DNA of 64,000 bases, from assembly GCA_964016885.1 (NCBI GenBank), contig OZ024740.1:149110001-149174000 (forward strand), written 5' to 3'. Below are positions 38,011 to 52,039 of this stretch, piece after piece (positions within the stretch are counted from its first letter, which is position 1; each line of letters begins with the position of its first letter). The translations under genes were made by a program, and so were the position numbers. The stretch is from Eledone cirrhosa. Taxonomy: Eukaryota. Under the pieces are notes generated by a model. That model had not been told where the DNA came from. It was given only the letters and a program-made list of their open reading frames with translations, and made no database searches.

Positions 38011-41000
38011 AGCTGCATTTATCTTGCTTTATGTTCATACGCCTTATCACCAAGTCACAACCAGTGACCTCAAGAGACAACAAGGTCCGCCATGTTCAAG
38101 AAAGAACATACATACTCACACAGGCATCTTGAGGTGTTTAGACTTGTGATGTACTTATATTGACAGAATCTTCCTTAGTATATGGGCAGTTCCCATTAGT
38201 ACTATCTTTTGTATTTCTCCTATACGCGGGTTTCCTGGGATTTGCGATAAGTAATCATTAGACCGCTTAGGTATCATTCCTAGAGCGCCTACAACCACTG
38301 GTATTGTTTTAGTTCTCAATTTCCACATTTTTCCAATTTCTATCTCCAGGTCCTTATACTTGCTCAATTTTTCAATCTTGTTTTTATGGATACATTCTTG
38401 TCTATTGGAACGGACATATCAATTAGCAGGCATACCCTCTTTTTAAAGTCCTTCAGTATTATATCAGGTCTATTTGTATCTATTTTTCGGTCTGTTTGGA
38501 TGCTAAAGTTCCACAAGAGTGAGATGTGATCTTTTTCACGTATGGGAGGTGGTTGATGCTCCCACCAATTCTTTTGATGGGGCAGGTCAAAATGCTTACA
38601 CATTATCCCATGTATTTATTGTGCAGCTCTGTCAGGCCTGTTTAGGTATTCGGTTGGAGCTATAAGACTGCACATTGAAATTATATGGTCAATGGTCTCT
38701 GATTGTTTTTTTACATACACGGCATAATGGGCTGCATCCATTTTTTATTATGTTGGCTTTGTAATTTTTTGTTGGCAGACACTGATCTTGTGCTGATATA
38801 ATCAGTCCTTCAGTCTCCGATTTCAGTCCAGAGGATGCCAACCACTGATGGGTTAAAGTTTTGTCAACATCAGGATTGTTAGCTCGTTCTGGGTATTTTC
38901 CATACAGAGGCTTTTCTTGCCATTTCTTAGCCAGTTTCTGTAGCAGTTCTTTCTTTGCAGTTACTTTTACCTGCTTTGCTTTTTCTGTGTTTTCCATTTC
39001 AGCAGTAAATGGGACTTCTGAAATGTGTAGTCCATTACTGTATCTTTGTGCATCTTTTGTAATGGAGTATGATCTTTTGATGCTTTCGTGTTTCAAAACG
39101 AGTTTGATCATCCAATCATGTGGTTCCCTTAGATATGTAGATAATCCAATTGTTGCAGTTTTCAACGCAATGTCTAACTGGATTAACCCACGTCCTTCTT
39201 CTTTCCTAGGGAGATATATTCTATCTGTATCTGCCTTAGGGTGATGCATTCTGTGCATGGTTAAGAATTTTCGAATTTTTGTATCGAGCCTACGGCTCTC
39301 TGTGCTTGACCAGTTGATGACATTGTAACTGTAGGTTACTACTGGTATGGCAAGCGTGTTTATGACATAGATACTATCCCTTGCATTCAATTCCGTTCTT
39401 AAGATTGCTCTTACTCTGCGGTAACATTCCTTCCTTATCCTTTCCCTCATTGTCGAGTGCTTCATTCCGTCTCCTTCACAAACACCTTGATATTTGTAAG
39501 TTTCCTCTTGATCAAGTTCTCTTATCACATTCCCCCGATCAAGATTAATGTCTGAACTTTTCACCAGCTTTCCTCTGGTGAACGTTGCTTTGGCGCATTT
39601 ATCCAGTCCAAACTCCATTTTAATGTCATCACTGCAAATAGTTTCAGGTCATCCATGTAGAACAAGTGATTAATGGTTTTTTTCATAGTCTTTATAGCCA
39701 TGTTTTGTTTCATTGAGCATTTTACTTAATGGTATAAGTGCGATGCAGAATAAGGGCGGTGATAAAGAGTCACCCTGAAAAATTCCACAATTAATATTAA
39801 CTTCTCCAGCTTCCAGTGATTTTGTTTCACTATCCAAAAGGAGTGTCGTTTTCCATGTCTTCATACTGAATGACAAAAACCTACTGACAACGGGAGATAT
39901 TTTGAAAATCTCTAAACATTTTTCAATCCAACTGTGTGGCAAACTATCGAATGCATTTTTATAATCTATCCAAGCAATTGATAGATTTTTGTGTCTATTA
40001 TGACAATTTTCCAGTATCATTTTGTTAACCAAAAGCTGATCCTTACAGCCATATGAGCCTCGTTTACACCCTTTCTGCTCAATGGAAATATGTCATTTGT
40101 TATCAGGTGGTCATATGTATATTGAGTTAGGACTGATGTTAAAATTTTACACATTGTGGTCAAGCAAGTGATCGGTCTGTAATTTTTGGGATTGTTTGTC
40201 TCATCATTCTTCGGAAGCAGAAATGTAATGCCGTTAACTAGCCATGCTGGTATCTTATCTGGCTCCTTAACTAATTCATTGTAAAGTTGGGCTAACAGCT
40301 CATGAGACTGTGTGAAGGCATTTATTCAAAAATTTTGTATTTTGTCTTTTCCTGGGGATTTCCATTTGCTGGTTTTTCTAAGAGCCAAACGCAACTGTTC
40401 AACTGTTATATTTTCCCATATTTGTTCCTCGAGGTGAGCTGTATTTTTCATTTGTCTGTCTATCCATATTATGAACTTTTTCTTCGGCCCAGATCTTTTT
40501 CCAGAATTCTTGCACTTCCTCCTTGGGTGGTATTGATTTAGCAGTTATTGTTGACTTACCAATTTTTCTGTAAATGTTTCTTTGGTTGTTTTTGAACATA
40601 TTATTGTCCTTATAGAATCTAGATCGTTATTCAAAGCGCCTTATACGAGCAGCTTTGGCCGACACTTTTTGCTTGATTATTTCTATCAGCATGTGTATGT
40701 CACTTGTTGATTTTATACTGTACTTTCTTTTCAATTTTCTAAGTTTAGTTTGCTTAACATGTTCACCTACTTTATAGTTTGTTAAAATTTCTATGTCAGA
40801 TCGGAGGTTCATTTGACGATTGATGTTCTCTTGCCAAGTAGATTTCTTGTGGGAATTCCTTTGTTTTTTTCATTTTCACTCCACATAAGTGAGTGGTGAC
40901 TTTAGCCGATGCATAATAGAGATGATTTAAATCAGTAATGTTTAGTTTGTTTGTGATGATAATGTTTTTGAGAATTATGTTAGTCTTGTGTATTATCTTT

Positions 41001-41880
41001 TGGTTCTGTTTGGTGTTCTGGATCTGAGGGAGGGTGTCTCGTTCCCCCATCTCAGATTCTTTCATTATCATCCATTCGATCATAATTTCATCCTTCAAAT
41101 TGGCAAGTTCATTCTCATTCATTTCTTTATCATTTACGATCTCATTCTTTTCATTTTGAGTTTCATCTTGAGCATGCACACCCTCCACTTTTTCGATCCT
41201 TTCTTTAATTTGTTCCGCCCCAACTCTGGGATTCAAAGTGTTACAATTTACCTCGTTTTTTCCCTTCGCTGACTTTCTGCTAATAGCTTGATCTGATCAA
41301 TTTCTATATCAGTTAGTAACTTTTTTTTTACAATACTTCTTCGTATATTGGCTAGTTTGTTACTGTCAATATAGCCTCTGTTTTCGGGATGTTTCTTTTT
41401 CCAGTTGATATATGTCTGTTCTGTATTCGATGTATTTGATGGGTAGTACATGGCAGTGTAGAAGGCCTCAAGGACTTCTTTATTATCTTCTCTTGACCAT
41501 TTTTCTCTTTTTTTCTTTGGATTTCTTGGTGGTGAGCATGGAGGGCCAACAGTAGGAGTATTCCGGTTATGGGAGGTCTCCAGCTCCGAAGTGATGGGAA
41601 GGTTTGAACAATTAGCTGAGTTTTCGACCCCAGTCTGGTTCCTCTCTGAGGGACGCGGCCCTTTTTGACCCGGGTGACGGCCGATCCAGTATGAGATTTT
41701 ATCATTTGACATTTACTTTATTTTGTCGCGTTTTATCCTTATCCGCCAAGGGGTAATCATTTCGTGTTACCACTTCTAGGACGAGTGTCAACCAAGACTA
41801 GAGGGGTCGTCCTCCCCTAGAGACACGGCTATTCCCCGCCGGCCGCCATCCCGGTATTTCTTGGTCATGGGGTTTTCTTT
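38010..41880 (-). mobile_element. R4/Dong-clade LINE family D2, near full-length, frameshifted
   Basis: ORF pieces from 41712 (KWSREDNKEV). RT motifs [33 protein letters not shown] finger and RLE (TNRPDI..ID, KYKDL, IQKIVLMGTAHILR). Confidence 0.92.
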
Positions 41881-42729
41881 TTTGTTGTTTTTTTAAATTG
41901 TTATTATCATGAGTGGTTCCTTAATGTGAGCATTGCGTGGCTTAAGAATGAAATTATTAATAATATAATATACTTGTTGCTGAGGTTGCCTGTTATTGTT
42001 GTTGGCTATGTCGGTGGTGGTGCTGGGGCTTTTTCTATTGTTGGTGGGGAAGGGGGATCCAACAGTGCCATAGTCGTTGACGTTTGGCCGGTGGCCGGGT
42101 CACTAAGTCAATCTATTTGTATCTTTTGCTAGCCTCTCCCTTGTCTAGTGATACCGCCACCTTCCCCTTTCTTAAGTTAACAGAAGGGAATGGGAGAATA
42201 GTGGTGGTAGCAATGAAGGAGTGGTGCCGGCGGTGACTATAGTGATGGCGTTGTCGTTACTGAGTTTTGTTGAATAGACTGTAGTTTGTTTGATCTATGC
42301 GGTTTGTCGTGTATGTTTAATATATGTGTTGACATATTCTCTTAATATTGGAATTAAACATTTTGTGAAAACTTGAGACAATGGGATTGGTAGTGGTGGT
42401 GGTGAAATTGCCGTTATCTGGCTGTTGTATTTAGTGTACACAGAGGGGTGATGGGATAGGTGGTGTATCTAGTGTGTAGTGTTGGTGAAATTGCTGTTAT
42501 TTTGCTGTTCTATATAGTGTAGACAGAGGGTTTTTTTCTTCCATTTATAACCATTTTCTTTTTTGAATATAAAATTGATAATACAAAATTGAATATTTGA
42601 GCGCTATAAGAGGATATTATGGATCCGAATTTTCTGAGAGCTGAGTCTGGTGCTTTATGTATCATTTGTACTAAGAATTGTTATATCACAATTGTTTTAA
42701 ATTATTATTATTATTATTATTATTATTAT

Positions 42730-43048
42730 TGTCAACCTTTCATATTCCTTCAATAAGGTGCCGACCACCTCGATAATAATAATAATAATAATAATTGTTT
42801 CTACTTTTGGCACAAGGCCAGCAATAACCCAATGCATTACTGGTACTTTATTATATCGACCCCGGAAGGATGAAAGGCAAAGTTAACGCCGAGGTTAACT
42901 TTGCCTTTCATCCTTCCGGGGTCGATAGAATAAAGTACCAGTAATGCATTGTGTAATTGCTGGCCTTGTGCCAAAAGTAGAAACAATTATTATTATTATT
43001 ATAATCGAGGTGGTCGGCACCTTATTGAAGGAATATGAAAGGTTGACA
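42730..43048. repeat. ~155-bp-arm inverted repeat made of an S1 SINE 3' part plus a LINE 5' junction
   Basis: 42730-42887 is the reverse complement of 42894-43048 with a few mismatches. Confidence 0.9.
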
Positions 43049-44528
43049 AGAGCCAAACTTAACCCGGAAAAGTCGGTGGGCTTGAAGCTCGGAACCTGGA
43101 AAGGCAAGCCTATGCCATCCAACAGAGTTGTGGGGCGCTGGACGGACGGACCGGTAAAGTTGCTCGGGGTTTGGTTCGGACCAGACTTCCAGGTGGAAAA
43201 GAATTGGGACGAGGTAACGAGCAGAGTAGCCAGTCTCACCCAAAAATGGGCTGGGAGGAAGCTATCACTGAAAGGTCGCGCGGAGGTGGCGAATGCATAC
43301 ATCGCGTCCGTCATCTACTACCACCTGACCGTCGTGCCTTGCCCCCGTTCGCGCCTCGATAAGTTGGAACGGCTCCACTTTAAATTCTTGTGGAAAGGAG
43401 AAGTTCCGTTGGTGAGGCGGTCCATCTGCTGCCAGCACCCTCTACGCGGAGGGCTGGGCATGCCGTGGCTAATGATGCGCAGACATGCGCTAAGGCTGCG
43501 ACATCTCCAGATATTCTGCCTAAACAGTGAACAGGTGTGGTCGCCGTTTATCAGACGGACCTTTCCACAGCTCGTTTCTTTGACTGAGCTGCAGTCCTGG
43601 GTCAAGAAAAGACCGAGACTGGGTGACTGGCATCTGGAATATTGCCAGGCACTCACTGCCTTCTACCAAGCGGCCAATGCGATCAGCTTTGAGCCTCGAC
43701 GAAGTCGAACTGACCAGTCTGTACCGGAGGACTTTCGAGCCGGGAACGATGGACAATTTCCAGAAATCACTCGCTTGGCAGTGGTACGGGGGGGGGGGGC
43801 ACTGCCGGTTCTGGATAAACTTTACAGGCAGGGAAGTGCTGTCAGACGGACCTGCCCAAGATGCGCACAGAGCGACGAAACCGTCCTGCACGCACTTGTC
43901 CAATGTCCGTGCATTACTGACTTGTGGAGTTATGTCGAACAGCTACTGTCGCGTGTGGAACGGATCCGGCTATCGGCCGAGTCCATAGTGAAGATCGACC
44001 CGCCGCTTTCCTTAGGTCAGGAAGAGCAGGCAATTTTCCTCTGTCTGGTGGCAGTTGCGAAAGAGGTTATATGGTGGACCAGATTAAAAGGACTGAAGAC
44101 AGACACTTTTCTCTTCGGCCAATCCCTCATCAACTTCTTCAAGTTTCACCTGGAAAGGAAGGTGAGGGTGGAGAGAGAAGTGCTGCCCCCCAGTACATTT
44201 GTTAAAAGGTGGATGAATGTGGCGAGAATGGCCATGCGCCTATAGGCTAGCTAACTTGAGGAGAGGGGTGCTCTCCCTGGGTGACCTAGGAGCGCAGGGT
44301 GGTTCAGGATTGGTGGGGTACCTGAGTCACCCCTGAGTCGTCCACCCTCTATAGGGGAATTTATTTTGTTAAATTTATCCATAGTCTATTTTATATTTTT
44401 ATATCTTCATTGTTAAATTAGTCTTGCCATTGTGCACTTTTACTCGACCTTATTGTAAACCTCCACTGTCCCTGTCTTTGTATTGTCCCCTACATGTCGG
44501 CCCTTGTGGCTAATAAATGAAATAATTC

Positions 44529-44578
<50 letters not shown>
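43003..44578 (+). mobile_element. L1/Tx1 LINE, sister subfamily, 5'-truncated
   Basis: ORF 42944-44245 is similar but not identical to the main family. Distinct 3' UTR. (TTA)n tail. Confidence 0.9.
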
Positions 44579-44787
44579 GGCGACCTACGTAGGAAATCGT
44601 ATTATCGTGAGCTCCGCAAAGGTTTGTTATTTCCGTTTGTTTAAAAATTGCCATTTATGGAAAATTTTATTGTAAACTGTTTATAAGCACACATACATTG
44701 TTTTCCGAAAAGGACACCCAAAAAGATTGGGGCCTTGTGCCCAAAATTTTAACTTTTATTATTATCCAAAAATTTCTTTGAAAAAAA

Positions 44788-46749
44788 ATGGCTAATTCCC
44801 CTCTGCACGAAGCAGCTGAAAGCCTTCCTCACAAAATAACACCTCACACCGACACCACCATTGTAAATGTTACTACGTTTGCCAACACAAAAAAAAATAT
44901 AAGCAGTAGCAATATTTTAAATTTGTCTCAGGCAGACATTCATTTCCCGCCATTACCAATGACTGCAGGTGTTAAACCCTCCACCACCACCACCACCGCG
45001 ACAACCACCACCACCACCACCACCGCGACAACAGAAACAAAAGAAGAAAAAAATAAAGTAACTCGTGACGTCGAAATGAAATCAAGCAAAATGGACTCTT
45101 CCCCACCAAAGACGACTGACGTCACCACCACCACAACTGAAAATAAAATTAATATTAACGCTAGCAACAACAACAACAATGACATTATAAAACCGACCCT
45201 CAGTTTCGCCATCGTAGCAAAACAATTCGAAGCGTTCACGGTAACTCAAGAAGATTTAGAAAATGCCAAACAAATGGTAAAGAAAGATGGGTACAGGGTC
45301 AGCCTCCCCCCCCCCCCCACCTAATAAAATGGAGCATCGGCGCCTATGCACCGTGTCGTATAGAACAATAAATGTAAAATCGCGCCGAGTGGAACGGGCA
45401 TCCGAGTCCCAAATCCAAAAAGCTTTGGGACATGTGTGGGCAAGAAAAACCCACATCAGACGTGGGCAAAAGTATGGAACCGTGGATGTGTTCTTTGAAA
45501 CACCAGAGGAGGCTAGAGAACACTCCATGGCCCCATTAAAAAGTGACGACTTCACACTCGTCCCAAGCTATTGTGGCCAGAGACTCGTAAAGATCAGGGT
45601 GACCCACGTTCCACCGGCCATCGAAATTCCCTGGCTAATAGCGGCTGTCCTCGCCGGCATCGAAGCCAACACGAAAATAATAGCAATAGCAAAAGAAAAG
45701 CAGGAAAACTGGTCCGGATCTGGGATAGAGCTCCTGATCCAAGCGGACCAAAAAAGCATTGAGGAGATCCCAGAGGTAATAGACCTCACTGACGGCAGCC
45801 ACATCACGGTAATTGTCGAGGGCAGAAGACCTAGGTGTGTCGTTTGTGGTGAAGGAACCCACCTAAGGGCTTTCTGCCCTCAGGCTAAAAGGTTGAGGCC
45901 ACCACTCCTACCCACCCCAGTGACACAACCATCAACACCACCAGTAGCAGAGATGGCAGCAACAACTGTAGCAGCAACAACAGAAGCAACTATAACAGCA
46001 ACAACCCCAGCAACACTAGCAGAACCAACACCACCACCACCCAACGCTTCAGAACTAGCACCAGCGCCTACACCATCCACCACACCACAACCAAAACTAA
46101 CGGCTGTGGAGGATTTTCCACTCCCCGGCCTATCTCAACTGGAGACAGATTGTGACGACGAGGAGTGGGAAACGATATCCGGAAAAAAAAAAGAAACCAA
46201 AAAAGAAAAAATTCTCTTCCTTCCCCCTCCAAAAACAAAATACAGAGGGAAACAAATAAACTAAGAAACAAAAAAGTTAGGACAGATATGCCACCATCCA
46301 CACCAGCATCACCAACCCCATCAACCCAAACACCAACACCATCACCATCATTAACTCCAACACCACCATCACCTACGCCACAAAAGTCAACAAAATGCGA
46401 AACAGAAACAAACCCACAACAAACGCAAACAAAACAAAACAACCAAAACGATACACACTACACAGCATTAAATTTGAACAACAAGCAATTATTGCACTAC
46501 ATCCAACACAACACCAGCATCACAGAAAAAGACTACACAACAACCCCAAAATTCACACCACCTCCACACATACAAATCACTCGCATCACACAGAAAACGT
46601 ACATGACACTAAAACAAAAATTCCCCAAAGACATCGGAGACTTCCGACAAGCACTCTCCAGGAGGATTTATAAGGACATCCTTCCTGAGGAGGCCACAAG
46701 CAGTGAAAAGGATGGAAAAACCGTCCTTCCCCTACGAGAAGTAAGGTAA
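44788..46749 (+). pseudogene. Tx1 ORF1 (gag-like, zinc knuckle CVVCGEGTHLRAFC, Pro/Thr-rich linker)
   Basis: Three ORF pieces joined by frameshifts in poly-C (~45315) and poly-A (~46190). Confidence 0.85.
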
Positions 46750-46782
46750 GTGGTCTTTCCCATCTTTTCCACTCCTTTTCAA

Positions 46783-49700
46783 CATCACCTCACTCAGAAT
46801 AGGCAGCATAAATGCGCGTGGCTTGGGGTCGTCATGGAAGCAGGGCCACCTGCTCAACGACCTCAGGTCACTAAACATAGATGTAGTGGCCACCAGCGAG
46901 ACCAGAATCTCCGAAGCACAGGCTTTCGCACCGATCTTCGGCGGCTACGATGTGTACGCATCTCCCAGCCGTCCGGGATCAGGGGGAGGAGTTGCTGTGC
47001 TTTTTCGGAGAGGTTTGGATCTTGCCATACGGGCCATCTTCCTGGACCCAGAAGGTAAGTTGGTGGTGCTGGACGTGACCAGCGGAGACGGGCAAGCTTT
47101 CAGGTTAGTGGCCGTCTATGCCCCGACAGGAGCAGGGCGGCCTGATTTCTTCCGGCGTCTGGAGACCTTTCTTGGAACGTCCCGCTCTTTAGTGTTAGTG
47201 GGCGACTGGAACGGGATCTTAGATGCACGCTGGGATTGTGTGGGATTAGTGGATAGGGAAGGAGGGTGCAAGAGTCTCACCAACCTGCTCAGACGTTTTG
47301 AACTGTCTGACAGGTACCGAATGGATTTCCCGAATGTACCAATGTGGACTTGGACAAATCGCATAGGGTCATCCAGATCATATCTAGATAGAGTATTTTG
47401 TAGGGAAATAGATAGGTCTAGCATAGGCTGTCCACAATTCAAGATAGTCACCTACACGGACCACAAATTCGTGATCTGTGTGCTTGACTTAGATAGGCTT
47501 CATAGACGAGGACCCGGCTAATGGAAGTTAACCGCGTCCTTACCAGCGCGCAAGGCCTACAGAGTCCGCATTAGCGAACTAGTTAAGCGGGCGTTGACGG
47601 GGGCCATCGTCAACAACAAGTGGTGGTTTGCTCTGAAAAGAGCAATTAGAATAGAGTCCATTAGGTTTAGTAAGACTTTAGCAATAGAGAAAAATAGAGC
47701 AGAGGGAGAATTAGTTAGAAAATTAGATGAGGCGCTTAGCAAAGGCATCGCGACCGACGTACTTGCGGCGAAATTGGCCCTTGACCAATTCTTCAATGCA
47801 AAGCACGAAGGCTGCGTTGTCAGAGCTAGGGTGCGTGCTCTCACACACGAGGGGACGAAAGCCGTTCAATGGGCCCGAGTGGCGGAGGCGCGTCGTGGCA
47901 ACAAAGCCACGATCCGGTCTTTGGTGGACCACGACAGGCGCATGCTACTCGATCCCGGGCAAATGTGTGAAGCTTTTCAGCGACACTTCGCTCAACTGTT
48001 CGGGGGCAGTGGCGGGCCGGATCGAGGGATGGACTTTAGTGTCTACCTCGACGGACTGCCGCGGCTTTCGGCCACTGAGGCGGAGTGTTGCGAAAAGCCG
48101 ATAACAACCGCTGAAGTACGGGATGCAATGACTAGTTGCACAAGGGGTAAATCGCCTGGTTTGGATGGTCTGCCCTATGAACTTTACGTACAAATGCCAA
48201 ACTTGTTCGGAGGCCTCTTGGCGGACGTCTACTGCAACTGGCAACAGAACGGGAGAATTCCCAGCTCTGTGAGCCGAGGAGCGGTGGCGCTGCTGAGAAA
48301 GGATCCGAACAAGGGGGATAACATAGATAATTTTAGGCCCATAACTCTGCTAAACACAGAGTTCAAGATTTTGGCCAAGGTGCTAGCAAAGAGGTTGGCG
48401 CTTGTCGTTGGTGGTCTGGTGGGAGAGGCACAGACATGCGCCATTCCCGACAGATCCATCCACGACAACCTCCACCTCATGCGATACATCGTAGAGAGGG
48501 TAGCTAGGGAACCTGGCACGGGTGGGTCTTTGATCAATTTAGATATGTCGAAAGCCTTCGATAGGGTCGACCATCGTTACCTAACGGCAGTCCTGAGGGC
48601 GGCTGGCTTTGGGCCCGTCTTCAGAGGCTGGATCGCTGCCATGCACAGCGACATCTGCTCTGTAGTGAGAGTGAACGGTCACCTTTCGGAACCGTTCAAC
48701 ATCATGCGCTCGGTCCGCCAAGGATGTCCCCTCTCGTCCCTATTGTACGTATTGACTCTCGAGCCATTACTGCACAAACTGGAGACGTTGAGGGGGGTCC
48801 TGCGCGAATTAGGATGCGGAAGATCCGTGTCAGCATATGCCGACGATGTCGCCGTAGTGGTGTCGAACGCCAAACACATCGAGGCGATCGGCACTACACT
48901 AAGAGAATACGAAGCGGTGACAGGAGCAATGATCAACCAGGAAAAGTCAGTGGGCCTGCAGCTCGGCACCTGGAGAGGCAGGTCCATGCCGTCCAACAGC
49001 GTCGTCGGGCGCTGGACGGACGGTCGGTTAAATTGCTGGGGGTCTGGTTCGGTCCAGACCTCCAGACGGACAAAAACTGGGACGAGGTCACGAGCAGGGT
49101 GGCTTCTCTCACCCAGAAATGGGCCGAGAGGAAGCTATCCCTGAAAGGTCGAGCGGAGGTGGCGAATGCGTACATCGCATCCGTCATCTACTACCGCCTG
49201 ACCGTCGTACATTGTCCTAAGCCCCGCCTGACGGCGCTGGAGCGTTTGCTCTTTCGCTTCTTGTGGAAGGGACGCGCTCCGATGGTCAGGCGGTCCATCT
49301 GCTGTCAACACCCGCTACGTGGAGGGCTGGGCATGCCGTGGCTGATGATGCGCAGACACGCGCTCAGGCTACGACATCTCCACCTCTTCCTCGACGGTGA
49401 TCAGGTGTGGTCGCCGTTTGCAAGACACGTTTTTCCCCAGCTCGTCTCCTTGACGGAGCTGCAGTCCTGGGTCAAGCGAAGACCGAGAGGGAGCGCTTGG
49501 AGACTGGAATGTCTTCAGGCGCTCACAGCCCTCGACCAATCGGGCAATGTGATCGGTGGAAACTCCACCTTGGCGTTCTATAGGGGATTAGTGGAGGGGA
49601 AGAGCGACGACGTACTTGGAGAAACTCTAGGCGTCGACGAAAATCAACTAGCCAATCTCTTCGGAAGGACTTTCGGGCCGGGGCCTATGGACAACTTCCA

Positions 49701-50202
49701 GAAATCCCTGGCCTGGCAGTGCTACCGAGGAGCTTTGCCAGTTCGGGATAAACTCTACAGGCATGGAGGTGCCGTCAGCCGGGCATGTCCGAGATGCGCA
49801 CAGGGCGACGAAACCGTCCTGCACGCACTCGTCCAGTGTCCGAGCATTGCTGACTTGTGGGTTTATGTCGAACACCTGCTGTCACGTGTAGGACGGATCC
49901 AGCTATCAGCTGAATCCATCGTGAGGATTGCCCCGCCCCCTTCCTTTAGCCTGGAAGGGCAGGCAGTTTTTATCTGTCTGGTGGCCATGGCGAAAGAGAT
50001 AGTATGGTGGACACGTTTGAAAGGGCTGAAGACGAGCACTTACCTCTTCGGTGATGCCCTGATTAACTTTTTCAAATTTCATTTGAAAAGGAAAATCAGG
50101 GTAGAGAGGGAAGTGCTCTCTTCCCAGCATTTTGTTGAAAGATGGGTGAGAGAAGCAAGTATGGCCCGAATGAATGGGCCTTCTCTGAGTATGTGTCTGT
50201 AA
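46783..50202 (+). pseudogene. Tx1 ORF2 (AP endonuclease + reverse transcriptase + C-terminal Zn finger)
   Basis: GDWN, YLDR, TDH; KSPGLDGL, FRPITLLN, KAFDRVDH, VRQGCPLS, YADD. Premature stop at 47519 and frameshift at ~49025. Confidence 0.93.
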
Positions 50203-50444
50203 ATTAAAGGTGGAAAACTGGGAGAGGGCACTTGCCCTGGTGGTCAGGGCCACTGTGGTCTTTTAATGGGCTTCCTCCACAAATGTCCCTTGGAAGTCTC
50301 CCCCCTATTGGGGAATTTTTCTTTGTTATTTTATTTCAACCTCTGTTTTTTTACACGCAGAAATGCCCATTTGTACCGTCCTGTATTGTCCTGTACTGTC
50401 CTTAATGTCTACTTTATGTGAAGCCTTGTGGTTAATAAAGAAAA

Positions 50445-50485
<41 letters not shown>

Positions 50486-51910
50486 GTGTTATTACTCCTT
50501 GAGACTCAGTCATTGATGTTAGTTAACTGGAAAGTTTGTTGAAATGAATATCAAGCCACTACCTGCAGCCTCAGATATTCAGGACGTATCGGAGGGTTCT
50601 TGCTGTTCCCAGCAAGCATGCCTTTTGAAGCGTTTCAAAAAGCGTGAAGGGGCCGATTTTCTTTAACCATCCCTGGAAACTTTTGGAGATAGTCCCCAGT
50701 GCGCCTATGACAATCGGGATCACTTTGACTTCATGGCAATTCCAAATCCTTTTTACCTCCCACTTTAAGTCCTGGTATCGGTTAATTTTCTCCCTCTCCT
50801 TCTCTTGCACTCTCGTGTCGAATGGGCAGGCCACATCCACAATCAGGCACGATCTTTTTTCTTTGTCCACAACCACCAGGTCAGGTCTATTGTGTTCCAG
50901 TTTCTTGTCCGTCTGTATCCTAAAATCCTACAGCACCTTCACCTGATCGTTCTCTATCACCGCCTCTGGCTTATGCTCATACCATTTCTCAGAATGTGAT
51001 AAATTGTTTACTTTGCACAGGTGCCAGTGGATCACCCTGCCCATCACATCATGTCTCCAGCCCTTATAGTGGGTCTGGGCTAGGTGTTTACACTCGGATA
51101 GAATGTGAGCTACAGTCTCCTCTCTCTCTCCACAGATCCTGCACAGTGGGCTAGCCTCCTCCTTGTAAATATGGTGTTTCAACCACTTCGTTTTGAGGGC
51201 CTGCTCCTGCGTAGCCATTAACATTCCTTCTGTAGCCTTTTTATGGTCTCCTCTTTTCAACCAGTTCCATGTCTGTGGATCTCTAAATTCAGTCTTCTCA
51301 AAGAAGGTACTATGAAGGGATTTTTCTTGAAGGCTGCTCTTCCTCCTTGATGTTATTTCCTCCTTGGACATCCCCTGGCCTATTGTCCCCTCCTTCAGTA
51401 CAGTTCTGAGCATTGGCTCCTTACTATCAGTCACGTATTTGTGTAGGTTGTTTTTCTCCATCTGAACACAGTCCTCTATGCTGATAAGACCTCTTCCACC
51501 CTCAGATCTCCTTAGGTAGAGTCTATCGACATCACTCCTCTTGTGGAACATATTGTAGATAGTCAATAGCTTCCTAGTCTTCCTATCCATTTCTTTTTGT
51601 TCAGCAACATTCCATCTCAGAATTCCCGCACTGTACCTAATAATAGACACAGCTCGGGAATTTACTGCGCTTATGGCATTGCTGTTCAAGTGTGACTTCA
51701 ATACGCTCCTTACTCTCCGAATGTATTCAGTTCTTAACAATTCCTTCATTTTTTTGTTCTTTATGCCATTAGCCTCCAGAACGCCCAAATACTTGTATTC
51801 TTCCTCAGAGTCAATTTCCTTTATCATCTCACCTGTTGGTATCTGGATTCCGTTACTTCTGCTCAACCTACCCCTCCTCATCACAATGACTCCACACTTA
51901 CTAATACCAA
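50486..51910 (-). mobile_element. R4/Dong-clade LINE family D3, 5'-truncated
   Basis: YKYLGVLE, DVDRLYLRRSEGGRGL, CRICGEREETVAHILSEC, IVDVACPFD, LQKACLLGTAR. (TTA)n on both sides. Confidence 0.9.
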
Positions 51911-51949
<39 letters not shown>

Positions 51950-52039
51950 GGGTCGATTAAATAATGTACCAGTAATATACTGGTTAAATTGCTGGCCTTG
52001 TTCCAAAGGTAGAAACAATTATTCTTGTTGTTGTTGTTG

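Larger units (their letters stand above)
44579..50485 (+). mobile_element. L1/Tx1 LINE, full-length copy with few lesions
   Basis: Same 5' end as 32518. (TTA)n on both flanks. Carries ORF1 and ORF2. Confidence 0.95.
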
